A stretch of DNA of 64,000 nucleotides from Fistulifera solaris (GCA_030295235.1 AP026164.1:2046001-2110000), one strand, 5' to 3'; numbered from the stretch's first letter, positions 1-13,934 are shown. Numbers and translations are program-made. The notes: generated by a model not told the origin, from the sequence alone.

Positions 1-171
1 GTTTGCTGGTTGTGGTTCCGTGAAAATGGATGTTGGTTGGAAGAGCTGTTGCAACACAATTCGGATTCATGTTGGCCTACAAAGCCTTTTTTTTACATAC
101 ATTTCACCGTTTGAGTGGAAAAAAACTTGTGGTGGACGTAATTTTTGAGAAAGCGTTTTCTTGTTATTTAT

Positions 172-3100
172 TTACGACCTTAAGAGTTTACGTGAGCAAA
201 CTGAGAATAGGGAGTTCAATTGAGTGTTTTCGTCTAAGCAATCAAGCAATTCTTGCGATCGGTTCGAACAGTGAAGGCATACAAGAATATAAATGATTTT
301 GTCGGGTATTTGTTGTTTCTTGTGCAAATTTTCACATGAGAGCACGGCGAGGTCGGCTATTGCGCTTGCAGCGCTTGGCTTTATCTGTTTTGCGCATTCT
401 AGAAATTCTCGTCTTAGAAAGTGAATGACACTGCCCATTTCGGGTTCGAGTGATGATGATAGGCAGGTACTCGAAGAAAACATGCGCGCAATTCGGCTCT
501 CAGTTGTCAGCTTCGTCCCCCCGCTTTCCATTCCTAGCAACAGCCTTGCCGTTAACGCACCACGTCTCCAGTTTGTCTCATCGGAAGCAGGAAGAACTGC
601 TTCAATGAGAGCGTCGACTGTGCAGCGTGCAACATCATGGTAAGAGCCAAGTGTGGCTGAATACTGGTAGTCCTCGTTACTCGATGTGAAACTCCATGTT
701 GAAGAATCGTCATCAAAGCCGCTGATAATAAAGGTAGCAGCTGCTTCTCCTATCGTCGCTTCCCCTTTTCCACGAAAGAAGATTTTTGGTAGAAAACAGA
801 GTGCTGATAGGCGCCGGATCTCTTCGTCGTCATCCGATGATGATTCGTTCGTACAAGTATCCTGAGCCACCATGCCGTTGCCTATTTTGGATGCATATCG
901 AAATACGTCTCCAATTATGCTCATTTCGTGCTGGAGTCTTGATCCCATCTTTGGTCTCGTTCCGTTCCCTCGCACTAGTTTATGCAATAGCTCGCGGAGA
1001 ATATGGTAGGAGTATCGAAAGGTGACTTGCTGAGATGTTAGCATTGGTAAGGTGCCCGTGGCAACATCAAGCGCACCTTGGTCTAAAGCCATTTCGAGCA
1101 AATCGAGGACTTCTTCATGGCCCATCATCCAACACGAACTTGGGAGGGGGAAGAGCTTTCCGAAACTGCCCGGCTCGATTTGGCGCCCCACCTCCAAAAA
1201 GAACATAGAAAAATGAAAGGGTGAAGAAGCCATTCGCGCGCTGTCTACGCTGGTGGCTAAAAGTCGTTGTAGCAAACATTGCTTTTGGTCCAGTATGGAT
1301 GTCTCGTTTTTGGTCAGTTTTTCGAGCATTCTGAGAAAAAACACTTGAATCGCTAACATGAAAGCTTCATGAGAAGTACTTTGTTCGAAAACGCGAACAG
1401 GATAATTTTGAAGGATTGTTGTCTGGTTCCAAATATCCGCAGCAATCGTTTGATTCGCAACAGAGAAGAATGTAGGTAACAAACCCGGTGGTTTGACGCG
1501 AAACGCGCTCGGAGCAAATATTTCGTTCTTAAGAAAATCGCACCTGAATAATAGGCTCTCTTGTCGATCGTCGAAAGATCGGTGAAGGTTATGGCATTGT
1601 TGAGTCACGGCGATCATACAGTCGGCCGGTCCAAGCTGGAGAGGACCTAATGTGAATTCCGTACTAGTTGTCGCAACAGGAACTTGCATCCAATCGGTCG
1701 CTTTTCCAGAAAAAGCACTCCATCCCAGCTTAGAGTTGCATGTGTGTACTGGCGAAAAAAGATTATCCTTTGGGATACTTGATTGCGTTGCTTCGAAACA
1801 AAGCTCGCTGTCGAAATCTCCTTCTTCGTTGTTTGAAGACGGTACTATCCAGGTAACTATTTTATCGTCAAGTAGATGAATGGTCCATACTGTTACCGGC
1901 TTTGACGTTGTGGGTGCGCTTGAAACTATGGACCAAGACTGACATATGCTTGATACTGACGACGCCCTAGCGTCCCTACAATCAGAGGAAACGATTTCGC
2001 CGACAAGGCTTACGCCATTTCGAGAGAGGGCCATAGCATCCAAACCAGCACCGGATTCTCTTGTAACTCCGATCGTAACCAAATGAGAGTCGGAAGAAGC
2101 CCGCGGGTTTGTAGCACTGAGATCGAAGTCGAACGAAGCGCCAGCGATGAAGATATCACCTGGGCCTCCAATTGATCCCTCACTTACTAGAACGCTTAGA
2201 ACCCTGTAGGGTTGCGTATCTATTTTATTCCCCCTTTCGGACACCGCTGAATTAACTTGAAGCTGAAAACATAGGTATTCAGTCGACTCATTGTCGGCAG
2301 TTAACAAGGCGTAAGATTGTCGTGGGACCCCTTTTGAAACAAGCGGTTGTCCGAAAACGCTCAATTTCGAAGGAATGAAATCTTGGGCAAGCTTTAACCC
2401 CCAAGGTGTGGAGCAAATAGCGCCATTGCAGTCCGATAAAAGTTGGTGATTCAGGTCAAGTTTCGACTTGGACCAGCACGACAGGAAATATGAAATGCTG
2501 CCCTCGTCCTGCATTTTAAGAACTGTAACGAGAATATCATCAGATATTTTATCATGAACAGACACAGTTTCTTCACTGCCTTCCCACCACGAAAAACAAA
2601 CAACTTGAAAGCTTTGCCCTATCAAATCACTGCCAAGCAGATACCATCTGGGCCAGGCTCTTCGCTGTATAGAAACCCCGCACTTCTTCTCGCTTATTTT
2701 ATCCGTACCGACTAGAGTTTCCTTCGATACGACAAAACTACTAGAGGATCTCTCGCTCGAGCAAAAGCGGTGTTTTGCGTCAAAAACGGAATTAGAACTT
2801 TCAGCGACATCCCCTATGCACAAACCAATGTCACAGGCAATTGCAATAGACCTGCCCCAGCGTCGACCAAAGGCTAACATGCAAGGATAGCGAATATGTG
2901 AAGGCAAACATGCTTCTGTCCACTCTAACTCGTAATCATCTCTTATCGACCTTGCTTTCCTTCTCGGATATGCTACTGTTTTAGCGGTAAGAAAAACAGG
3001 CGAGTTGTGGTAAAAGAAGGAATTGTTTAGCAAGCGCCGTTCACACGCAGGGGATAAAAGCCCAAATTCGTATAAGTCCTTCCTTATGAATTGCGTGACA

Positions 3101-4738
3101 CTCCGTTCCCCGTGTAAAAACAATGTTACGTCCGCTAGAACCGTGGTCATTTTCTGCTTGTCACGAGCCAGTTGTAGGCATGAATACAGACAATGATCCG
3201 GGCACGAGTCGTGTAGGGATATTGAGGCCGTCTTGTAAATTGAGAGGCCTTGTGTGTTGCGTTTCCAATGCCACAAGAGTGAATACGCTTCTTTTGCCCC
3301 TGCGTTGTTGATGAAAAAGCACTGAATAGTTGGTTCATACTGAATTGGTCTGATAAAGGCTACGTGGCGAATTTTTGTTGCGAGTGAGGGTGTACGCTGG
3401 TCGTATCGATCATGATGGACTGACGCTTCGAACACAAGCTGTGAGTGGGCAGACTCCTTCACATACTGCTTACTTAAGGATAGCTGAGAAAGCACTCGCA
3501 ATAATAAAGGAGACATTACATCGGCGTAATCTTGATCACCGCATAGAAGAACATATAGCGTGCATTTGTCACCACTTTGATAAAGAACAGCCAGCAAGTT
3601 ACTTTTTGCCATCCAAGTAGCAAAAAGCATGCAACCGCCCTCAGAAAAGGTAAATTGTAGACGCCTTTGCGTCACTTGAGGGAACCAGCATCCGTCAGAC
3701 GTATCGATAAGCACGACATTGTCGGGGTTTGTGAGGTGGTCTTCATGTACATCAGTGTTCGCACCGTTCGGCAATAGAAGTCCATGAGCCTCGCCACTTT
3801 TTTTGGCAAAGGTGGAAACCCACGTCAAACACACGTAAGTCACCATCGACATTAATAGTGCACAACCGTCCTTTCTGTTTTTGAGCTAGCTCGGGTGTCG
3901 TTACTTGGTCCATACATTTTATTCCAACTGGATTCAAGTGTGTATCAGAATTAATAAATCGACCAATAATGCTTGCCTTTTGATAAGAGACTGCGATAAC
4001 ACATCCGTCACTGCATCCCACAAGAAGTAAGGATGACTCGTCGCCATATCCTACAATGGAAGAACCTTTCTTTGGTGCTCTTAGGTTGCAAAAGCAAGTC
4101 GCCTTTCGAAATGTGAGTGATTTTTTCTTTGTTGTTCGCAACCCGAAGCAAACGTGGGGCAGCAGCCACCGGAATCTCCGTCAGGACCTCGCTACCCGCT
4201 GTCGAGGCTTGAATATACGATGGAGTCGGAGGCGGCGGTTTACCAGCCTTTTTCGCGGCATACGAAGCTGGAAAATCACAACGATCGATTCTCCCGGACA
4301 ATCATCGACTGGGACCAGGCAGGTGAAGAAGCGTCTATTCGACGAAAAGAGGGTCTGCAGTTGCGGAGTACTATTTCTGTTGGTCGTGGATCTTTCATCA
4401 TTGTCTTCTTGTTTAGTGTCTAAGAAGAGTCGAAAAACTGACTCACGATGAGCGCTTTTTGAAAGTTGTTGGGCGAGAGGTGAAACGCGGACACGAATTT
4501 CAACAAATCTATCTCGCTTGGCCTCTGTATTTCTGCAAACCATATAACCGCATAGCGTACTGACTACTGCTTGAAGTTCACCTTCGGGACATGTGCTAAA
4601 ACTGCATAAACAGGGAGAATGCTCAGAATATACGGGGCAGGTCTCCTCCTCTTCATCCTTTGGATCGACAGTATTCTTGGTCGGCGAAAACGACAGCAGA
4701 GAAATGCTTTTACTACCTATCGCTACTGGGAAGACCAT
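172..4738 (-). CDS. RIC1: RIC1-like Rab6 GEF subunit, split over 3-4 ORFs by frameshifts
   Basis: ORFs 4181-4738 (ATG at 4738, MVFPVAIG), 4008-4301/3752-4141 and 172-3852 join across homopolymer runs. The C-terminal region 'FLEVGRQIEPGSFGKLF...LDLLEMALDQGALDVATGTLPML' resembles the RIC1 domain (ARKTE..W..LF...DLFE.CL...DL.TAASYL). The N-terminal half looks beta-propeller-like. Confidence 0.6.
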
Positions 4739-5149
4739 TTCTCTGTTTCTGTTGTGAAAGCAGGTCAGGGACGGTGAAGAAGAAACCGTCAGGTCTAACA
4801 ACGTGCATCATGGTCGGAATACTTCTCGTTATCATCGATCATCTCTCAATGCGAAAAATCATGCAGATGTAGTGGCCGTCGTACCGGTACCATACTATCC
4901 TGGCGGTTGACGTCTTGTCTCTTGTCCAACTGGGCACGTAGTTTCACGAAGACGACTAACTGGAATCGGTACCTGGTGGCGGACTTGCTTTCCCTAAAGG
5001 TTACCATTGTCACTCACGGTCACAGGTGCCGTTAGCTAATCCGCGCAAGGCATTTTTTTTGTCTGGATTATTGCACAGCTAACTACATCAAAAGCTATTG
5101 ACGTCAATATTTGTACAAAATTAGGTTTCTTGGACTATTATAATGCACA

Positions 5150-8100
5150 CTATCCACGTTTTCCGCGACATGCTCTGTTCATTTCTTGTCGTCTGCGATC
5201 GTCCATCGCCATCTGCTGCTTCTTTAGCTGACGAAAGCGTTCTCGAATCGCCATGCAGTTAGGAACTGCACAACTTACTGTCTTGCATTGTCGAGCATGT
5301 ATTTGCAAAGGGCCCAAATGCGCTTGCATACATTGCAACCTCCTGTTGCCTTGATTTGACACTGCGATCCGTGCTTCAAAAGGCCCTTCATCTTGGTACA
5401 GTTCGCTGAGGGGCACTTCGGATTGGTACATGTGGCAGCATGCTGTAAAAGTGTCATGTGTAGTTGTATACTGCGCTGACGCTCTTTACGCTGCTCTTCT
5501 GTCAAATCAGATTGTTGGCCGTTGCCCACCGCTATCGGTTTCAACGGATGTGGATGCCTCGGCATCTTCGAATTTGATACACACTCATGGCACTGATCGA
5601 AGTCTGCACAAGTTGGACAATGGTATCGCACACCAGTTAATATTTCCCTGGAACATGTGGCGCATTGTTGTACGAACTTGGGAGCGTCACGATTGTGGAG
5701 GTGCCACAGCACCATCATCGAAGAATGTTTTGCTCGACGTATCGTATCGAATTGGTAATGGTTTCCCTGGCAAAGGTTCAGGAATGCCTGACGGTTGTTC
5801 AAAAATTCGCAATCAAGCTCCTCTTCATCATCGTCCAAGACTTTCACAGTTCGCCCTTTGCTATCTTTGACAGTAATGGTTTTCGGAGCGTCTGATCTAG
5901 TTTTAGCAGAACCGTCTTCTTTCGGAACACCTTCCAAATTTCTTTTCCTGGCAGCCATGGCCGCGAATTTTCCTTCTCGGATACTCAAATTTACTGCGTG
6001 GGGTTGAGAAGTAGTCGCTGGATCGGAAGCGCTTTCTTCCGCCTTCGTGTCAATTTGTGGAGCGGCTTGTACATCTCCGTTAGGCTCTCCTAGATTAAGA
6101 TCCGAGTCTAACTTATCAAAGGATTTATTACCCTCTGATGACACATCACCTTTGGCGTCGTTCTTTGCCTCGACGCCGGTTGCATCAGTGCCCATGCTCA
6201 TTGTGGTTTCTTTCTCTTCTTCAAGCTTGACTGGCTGCTGTTCCGTTGTATCAGTCGCTGCGATGTCGGTGGATATCGGACTCTCCGTGGTTGAGTTCTC
6301 ACTTGAATTCACTTTTTCGCCCGTATCCATTTCAGCTGAATCCGCTTTTTAGGATTATCATTAGACTCCGTTTCAGATGACTCGCCTTCGTTGATCTTCC
6401 AGGTGATGCCGTGCTCTTTGCGGTACTCTTCGATTTCTTTCGGAACTTGCATGTCCTCTTCCTTCGCCCCGCTCCAGGCAAGATACGCCACAATAAAGCT
6501 TTCCTTCATCGGTTGGATGGTTTCTCCCAATTTTACCATGACGTAATCTCGACCTCCTTCCTCTAAACTTTTCTGATCAGCGCCGGGTGGTAGAATGCCA
6601 CTGGCCTTTAAAGCCTCCTCGTCTAAGCCCGTGGACCGTGTGCCGCCACGACCGGACTTCTTCTTTTGTTTCGCCTTCTCTTTTTTTCTTTCCTTGAGAG
6701 CTCGACTTTTTACCCGTTTTCCCTTCTTCGATGTCTTTGATGATGTTCTCGGCTTCGGCTGGAAAATAATCCCCGTCCATGTAGGGAACGACCGTGGCAT
6801 CATTCTTTGGATTCGAGAAATACAGATCATACATGTTCGTCACTTTTCCGACAATTCCTCTCCGTTGTGACTCCACCAGCATGTCAATATACCACTGTTT
6901 GAGGCGATCGTCTCTGGGAGTTTTCTGGTCTTCTGGTTTTGCATATAGAATGTAGTCGTCGCCCTTTAAAGGAGGACACGCCCAGATGTGGGCTGTGGCG
7001 AATCCTCGACGACGCACGTAGTCCAGGTAGGAAATAAGTATTTCATGATAAATGAAAGTTCTCATCTGCCGCGGGCGCATGTAGTGAACGCTGTCTAGGT
7101 ACGAAACATAGACAGTGCGGTTGTTGGGTGGAGGGTTTTTCTCGTCGTGCTCATAGACATAAAGTCCGAACAGAACAACGTCAACTCCGTCGAGATTTTG
7201 GAAAACAATGAAGCACTTGCAGCGAAAAGTGAATTCCTCGGGGTAGTTTTTGAATGCATACCTTCTCTTCATGCGTTCCCTAACCTCCAGCTTTCTGTCC
7301 ATGGACGTGACTTGCCGTATCGTAATCGCGCCTCCCATTTGAATCTTTTTCTTGGCCTCTTCAAAGGGAATGTTTTCTGCGATAGACACCGCCTTGGACT
7401 TCTTCTCAACAAACTCATCGACCTTCTGACGAACATGAGATTCCAGATATTGAGACATCTTCGTTCGAGGTAGATCTTCCGCCATCGGCGAGGAGGATGT
7501 AGCTTCTAGGTTACCTCTTTTCTTACGTTCCTCGATCGTGCAACTAGGACAAGCATACTCCGAGCGTTGATCCTTGTTCTGTCTTGTGTTAAACAAGGCA
7601 CAAATCTGGTGTACCCATCGCTCGCACCGATCGCACTGCACCCAACTTTCCTCGTGCACCTCGTCGTTCTTCTTTTCGTCAGGCTTTCTTTCTTTACTTG
7701 AATATCACCGAGATCAATAGTTGAATTATCCCGAAGTTCCTGGTAACATTGATGACACCAATGATATTGATTGTTACCAGCCACGTAGTAGTGGCTGTTC
7801 CGTCGAATACGCTTCGACGGACAATTCATGCCATTACAATAGAAGACTGGAGGCTCAAAAGTAGCTTTTCGCAACCGCACAACAGACACGCTTCTCCATT
7901 TTTTCTTTTCACGTCTTCCTCCTCATTGAGAACTTCAATCAACTTGGCATAATCACGCACAAATTTCTCCTTCATCTCTTTTGCCATATTATACACCACT
8001 GAACCCTCAGGGTTATAGAGCATCGCGTTGTCAAATGTCAGTAGAACATGCTCCTCGAACTCTTCAATCTTCTGATAGACACCATTCTCGAGTTTCTTTC

Positions 8101-9799
8101 TAATTGTCCCAAGGTCCATTGGTTTCTTGATGACCTCGAAATAGTCAGGTAAACCCAGCTCGACCGGATCAACTGGGGTATTGAAAACCCAAGCATGCTG
8201 ATGTGACTGCAGCAGTCGTAACACGTCTAGGCATTTCGCTTTCAGCTTTACTGGGGGCAACTGCAAACCGTTGTTCAGCGACTCGATATGGCATTCAATC
8301 TGTTCGACAGAGAAACAGTTGATCAAAGTGTGATCTTCCTGAGGTTTTGGGCCGGAATATTTTGGAGTTATGACCTGCCCGTTCGAAAAAGCCAAGCCCG
8401 GTGTAGCTGCAACAACCGGGCGCGATCCCTGCTGTTGTTGCGCTTGTTGGTGGGGTAGTTGTGGATCCATTTGTTGTAAGCCCTGTTGCTGCGAAAGGTT
8501 GTAGCCGGGTTGTGTTTGAACGGATACGCCTGGCCGCGCGCTCGGGTGCTGCAAGGGTCGCTGTTGGACTTGAAAAGACGGGGCGGTCAATACCCCGGCA
8601 GTACGTTGCTTCTTGTTCGGTGGTTCACTAGAGAGGGGCTGCAGCGGTTGCGCCGAAACGGCCCCAGCCGGAATTGTTGCAATAGGTTGTTGCTGTGCAC
8701 CGTCTTGTGTCTGATTCTGTTGCACAGCTTGCTGGTGCCGTTGTTTGAGCGCTTGCATGTGCTTTTGCTTTTCGTGACTCCGATGAATGGCTTCGCGAAC
8801 GGGTCCACACACAGGACATCGCACGTCTTTGCAGCGATGATAGTGGCTCAAAACGTAACGAGAGCTTACGCAATGCGGAACAAGACATTTCTGGTTTTTG
8901 CATTCAGCAATGTGCTTCCACAACCGCTTCATGCCTGCGCAGTGAGGGGTCACTGGGCATCGACCATCTTCGTACTGGCATTTCGCTGCGTGACGTAAGA
9001 GGAGTAGGCGCTGCTGTTGATGTCGAAGGACTTGCTGTCTGTTAGCTATTTGCCTTCCTCCGTTATTTGCCGATGATAAACTTGGATTGGGCGCGGCTGA
9101 AAGTGCCGCCGCAGGTGCAGGAGCGGCCGGAGCGGACCCCGGCTCACCGTATTGAATCTGTTGCAAGGGGGGCGCCGGAGCAGGGACTGGGGCCTGCGGC
9201 TGCGAAGGAGCTTTTGTCTGGGGAGCCCATCATGGGATTGATTTCAGCCATATTCACTATCCGTTGCTGTCCGTTGCTGACTTGTTGAGCAGGCATCTGA
9301 AGTGGTTGCTGTGTTTGTTGTTTGACGAGAGGTTGTTCTTGTTGCATCTGTCCAGCCATACTCGACCGCGAGAACTGATTTATACCTGACTGTTGCGGTT
9401 GCTGCTGCATTTTTTGTTGTTGCATCAACGCTTGTTGTTGCTGAAGTTTCTTTGTTTTCATTCCAATGTTGACGGCAAGTTGCTGTAGCCTGTGCTTCAA
9501 AGTATTTGCATCATTATACTCATTGAACGACTTCGCCGACCTGTACAAAGACTCTTCCAACCTTTTGCCATTTGAGGCAACTTTTTCAGCCACTCTTGTG
9601 GCGCATTCGGCTTTCGTTGTTGCAAGAGGTGCACAATTTTCGCAATCATTTTCCGACGATCCTCATAATCTTTGTCACTTTGCCATCCTCCATTTAGACC
9701 TTGGTGCGGAAATATTTGCTGCTGCTGTGGTTGTTGTTGTGTATTTGGTTGGGGAAAGCTCGTTCCACCGGAGCTGGGCTGCTGCGGATGAGTTTGCAT
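5150..9799 (-). CDS. CBP: CBP/p300-family histone acetyltransferase (KIX-like, TAZ1, bromodomain, PHD-like, KAT11 HAT, ZZ, TAZ2); about 7 frameshifts
   Basis: ATG at 9799 (MQTHPQQ). TAZ '[10 protein letters not shown]...', bromodomain '[30 protein letters not shown]', HAT motifs '[11 protein letters not shown]', '[14 protein letters not shown]' and 'PYMDGDYF', ZZ '[16 protein letters not shown]', TAZ2 'LLQHAATC'. The pieces lie in ORFs 9497-9865, 9144-9593, 7826-9166, 7506-7889, 6577-7659, 6309-6830, 5275-6330 and 5150-5431. Confidence 0.95.
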
Positions 9800-10809
9800 A
9801 TTGTTGCTTGATAAGTTTTTCCCGAAAGAAGAAAATAAACGGAGGATCGGCAGGCACAAATCCACAACGGCAGAAGCGATACGTCCGAGCCGCTTCCTTT
9901 ATCTTCAAAAGTAAAGAGCAATGTAAGTTTAAGAGTTTCGTTTGAAAAGAAAGAAGATGCTTTGAATAAGGTCGGCCAAAATTGACTGCAAGTACCGCAG
10001 CAACGTTCGTGCTTGTCACCGCGTCTTTTGCCGCGTCCGAGCGAAAACTCCCCGTTCTACGTGGCTTCACTACGAGAGAGCCGTGGGGATTTTCGCATCT
10101 CACCATGATGACACGAATCGAACGATCATCTCGAAAAACATTTTTCGAACAAAAATAAGCTCGTTTCATGCTGACATCTATTTAAGAGATAATTTGCACA
10201 TGAAAAACGTCGAAGACATACTTACAATAGGATGTCAATAAGTGATTGTTACCCCGTTGATGCCTTCCGCATGAACGTCTTGCTGCGGGGCGTCCGTAGG
10301 AGTTTATACTGCAGATACAAGTACAAGTAACTGGGAAGAGTGATGAGGGTGAGGGGTGGGGAAGAATTTTTCATTGCCGTGATGGCATCGTCGGCTCATA
10401 ACCGGTTGACGAAAAATCACACAACCGACCTCTGCCTTAATTGGCGTGCGTCTTCGCCTCATTTGTTAGAAAGGAACTGTAAAGCCGAGAACCGGAACCG
10501 GAAAGTAGGCACTATCGCTTGAAGTACAAATTCGTAATTTATTGGGTACAGTACCAGGTACAGTAGAGATGTCGAAATTGTAGGTCTAGTCATTAACGCT
10601 ACTCGTACTGGTATTCAAAAATCTAGTGTTCTCGAAAAGATGCCGGTTCGCAACACTTCGCGAAAGATCTTGCTCTATAGCTTTTCTCTAAGGCGGGTGG
10701 GTTCTAACTTCAAAATAAAGAATCGAATCAGGCCGCCCGACTTTAATAGTTCGCTGAGAGAGCAGTGTTACACTTGCCTACAAAAGTTTCATGTTTCTAC
10801 CGTCCAAGA

Positions 10810-11721
10810 CTAGCTCGAAGCTCGCGAGGGGTTTCTCGCAGCTGTCTGGAACGAGACAGGGAGTTCCGCAGTTTCGAGGTCAAGCGTTTTCTTCCCGAGC
10901 AAGATTTCATCGGCATAGTCGGCACGGATAACAAGACCAGCAGGCCCGATAAGGGCAACCGCGGCCTGTTGAACATCGAAATCTTCTCCCAAAACAGTTG
11001 ACATCGTACGACACGCTAGGCCCCTTATGTCCTTCGAGAATTCGTCTTCGTTTAGCAGTTTCTTCAAAAATTCGCACTCGGCAATAAGCTCGCCGATTGG
11101 GTTTACCCACCAGTGAGGCAACTCAAAATCGTGACAACGGCTTAACTCTTTGTAGCGTCTCTCTTCGGCAAGATATGCCTCAACATTAACCATATCATGA
11201 CGTATCTTCTCTACCATTCTTGTAGCTTCAAAATCGAGAGCATTGATGTTATCGTAGATGCATTCCGATAAGGAATCAAGCGAGCTACCAGCGTGACAAG
11301 GGGAAGGAAAGGACACAGGGACAGAAAGTGTAATGCATTCCTCATTCTCGCAGAGTACAGCTTCAATGTCCAGGTGCTTTTCATCCATATTAAGAACCTG
11401 AACCTTTTCGATATGATTCAATCGAAGGGCGCGATCGGGAGGGCTAAAAGCCACCGCTAATCTGGCAAGGGAAGCAACTAAGTTCTTTGATATGCTTTCG
11501 GCAAGCTGGTTGCAGGGAGAACTCGTTCTTGCGTACTTGTTGATATACAAGCTGCTCCTAACAGACTCGATTTCTTCAAAGCGCTCTCCATCAGAAGAAA
11601 AGATGAGGGCGGCGCGAGAACTTGATGTCCTTCTTTGGAATGCTAGCTTATTTTTATGACCATGGAAGGCGGAGGAAGAAACCGAGAAGAGAACGACAAT
11701 AATCAAAGATATGTATTGCAT
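10810..11721 (-). CDS. Plastid-targeted protein with DUF2470-like domain(s); C-terminus possibly frameshifted
   Basis: 303-aa ORF with signal peptide plus 'SSSAF' ASAF-type motif. The segment 'LARLAVAFS...IEKVQVLNMDEKHLDIEAV...LSVPVSFPSPC' resembles DUF2470. Confidence 0.55.
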   Translation of the reverse strand: MQYISLIIVVLFSVSSSAFHGHKNKLAFQRRTSSSRAALIFSSDGERFEEIESVRSSLYINKYARTSSPCNQLAESISKNLVASLARLAVAFSPPDRALRLNHIEKVQVLNMDEKHLDIEAVLCENEECITLSVPVSFPSPCHAGSSLDSLSECIYDNINALDFEATRMVEKIRHDMVNVEAYLAEERRYKELSRCHDFELPHWWVNPIGELIAECEFLKKLLNEDEFSKDIRGLACRTMSTVLGEDFDVQQAAVALIGPAGLVIRADYADEILLGKKTLDLETAELPVSFQTAARNPSRASS

Positions 11722-12110
11722 TTAAAATCAACGATGTATCCAATGGAAAACTCAAAAACAGATTTTCTTTGATTAGAAGAAAGGAAGACGGGGTTCATGA
11801 AGTGAATTGTAAACCCTTACATGCATCTTCCCATCTTCCCTCAACATGCGAAACATCATATTTTACCACAAAAAATCCATGTTCCGGACGAGGTACCTTG
11901 GTATCTTGAAGGCAAAAGGTGCAACGTCAGCAACACTATAGCGACAAATGTAAAGAGAGTTTTCGTGACATCATCATGACATCATCGTGACACCATGACT
12001 CCCCGGCGAGAAGAGCTACCAGGTACAAGGTACCAGGTAGGAATAAAGATTCCAGGCCAGTGTGGATGTTGTTTAAGCTATTTTATTTTCTACTAACAAC
12101 AGTGCTAACA

Positions 12111-13588
12111 TTACTTGAGTTCAACCACTCCTGCTCTCTTCTTTCCGGCACGCAGTGTTATTTCTTTGCATCACCAAAATCCGCTAGAGTAAGCATTGCA
12201 CTTTCGTCTTCTACCTTCTTCGAGTCGCCGAGCCTTGCTCCTCCACCTTGAATCAACCTTCTTGCCTCTTTCTTCGTACTAGCCAATCCCAAATCTACAA
12301 AGATATCTGCAAGCCGCATGCCCTTTTCAAGGTCAGTTGTTTCCACCACTACTCGCGGCAGACTTTCTGTGGATTCACCTGACCCAGCAAACATAGTTTT
12401 GACTGTTTCATGAATGACAGGTAGACATTCTTTACCGTGCAAGAGCGCTGTTGCTTCGTCTGCAAGAACAATCTTCGCCTTGTTTATATCAGCGCCTTGC
12501 AACTTTTCAAGCTCAGCGATCTGTTCCAGGGGCAGCTCCGTAAATAATTTGAGAAATTTAACGACATCGTCATCAGCCGTATTCCTCCAAAATTGCCAGT
12601 AGTCGTATTCCGAAAGCTTGGAAGAGTTGAGCCAAACGGCTCCGTTCGCGGTCTTTCCCATCTTCTTTCCGTCCGATGTCGTCATCAATGGGGCTGTCAA
12701 GGCAAACAGTTGAGCACCTTCAATGCGACGTCCTAGCTCTGTACCAGACACCATGTTGCCCCACTGGTCACTTCCTCCAAGTTGCAGTATAGTATTGTAT
12801 CGTCGGTAAAGTTCTAGGAAATCGTAGGCCTGTAGAATCATGTAATTGAACTCCAGAAAACTCAGTGGGGCCTCTCGTGCAAGCCTTTGCTTTACGGATT
12901 CGAAAGACAACATACGATTTATTGTGAAATGTGTTCCATAATCCCGAAGAAATTGAAGATACTTCAGCTCACTAAGCCAATCATCATTATTGACAATCAT
13001 CGCATCCGTCCGATTCTCGTCGCCGAACACAAGGAACTTTTGAAACACGCTGCTAATTCCTTCAATATTCTTTTGAATCGCCTCTTCGGTCAACATAGCT
13101 CGGGACTCGTCCTTCCCAGTAGGATCACCTACTTTCGTTGTCCCTCCCCCAACGAGCACAATGGGCTTGTGCCCTGATTTTTGCAGATGCCGAAGAATCA
13201 TGATTTGCAACAAAGATCCAACATGCAAGGAATCTGCGGTCGCATCGAATCCCAAATACGCTGCCTGCGTGCCTTCGCACAGCTTGGCGTCCAGCTCGGA
13301 GATTCCGGTACACTGATGAAGAAAGCCTCTGTCGCGTAAAGTCTGAAGGAAGGGAGACTTTATTTTGGACAGAGCATCCGCCTCGCGTGAGTAAATAGAA
13401 AAACTCTCTTCATTATCATTCGAATTACTTCCCGAATCTTTTGCCAATTCGCTTTCAGTAACCGAAGAGAAAAGACGATGGATGGATGCTGATCGGCCCC
13501 TTACAACAAAGGATGTATAAGAGTGAGCCAGACGGAAGTGAGCGAGCGCGCAAGTCAATGTGAGAAGCTGTGGCATGGCGAACTTCAT
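12111..13588 (-). CDS. tyrS: Tyrosyl-tRNA synthetase, bacterial/organellar type with S4 C-terminal domain
   Basis: 'YLGFDATADSLHVGS' (HIGH-like), 'QLGGSDQWGN', 'KKMGKT' (KMSKS-like), 'KKEARRLIQGGG'. A frameshift near 12160 continues to ITLRAGKKRAGVVELK* with the stop at 12111-12113. N-terminal targeting extension present. Confidence 0.95.
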
Positions 13589-13918
13589 TTTTCGCAAAGA
13601 AAATCTTGTTGCTACGGAGATGATTTAACAAGCGAGGGTAATTGTTTCTTGGTACTTTCGCTTTGGTCAAGAAGTGATGATACGATGGTACCAGTATGAT
13701 GTGTTGGCAGGAATGTGCGCGAAGCCATGTTGACGCCTGAAACACTACCAGGGAAAACGTTTTCAAACGTCATCCATACGACAGCAGGACAGACATGCTT
13801 ATGATTAAACTATCGTAAGTCTTAGCGGTACAGAGTAAGCCTTCATTACGTCACGTGCGAGCTTTTGCGGTGCGAGAATGCGACGAGATGAGCATGAGCG
13901 ATGCATTTCGTTCAAATG

Positions 13919-13934
13919 TACCAGGTACCTGGTA
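13919..13934. promoter_or_regulatory. Perfect 16-bp palindrome TACCAGGTACCTGGTA in the TyrRS/PhoD divergent promoter; best example of a recurrent intergenic motif
   Basis: Read directly from the sequence. Related TACC(W)GGTA copies occur at about ten other intergenic sites. Function is inferred. Confidence 0.45.

Noticed and set aside
12155..12170. AAA-TAA at the TyrRS frameshift, reminiscent of Euplotes-type programmed +1 frameshifting
   Set aside because: Restoring the frame needs an added base rather than a skipped one, and the other sites lack this context. It fits a homopolymer deletion error.
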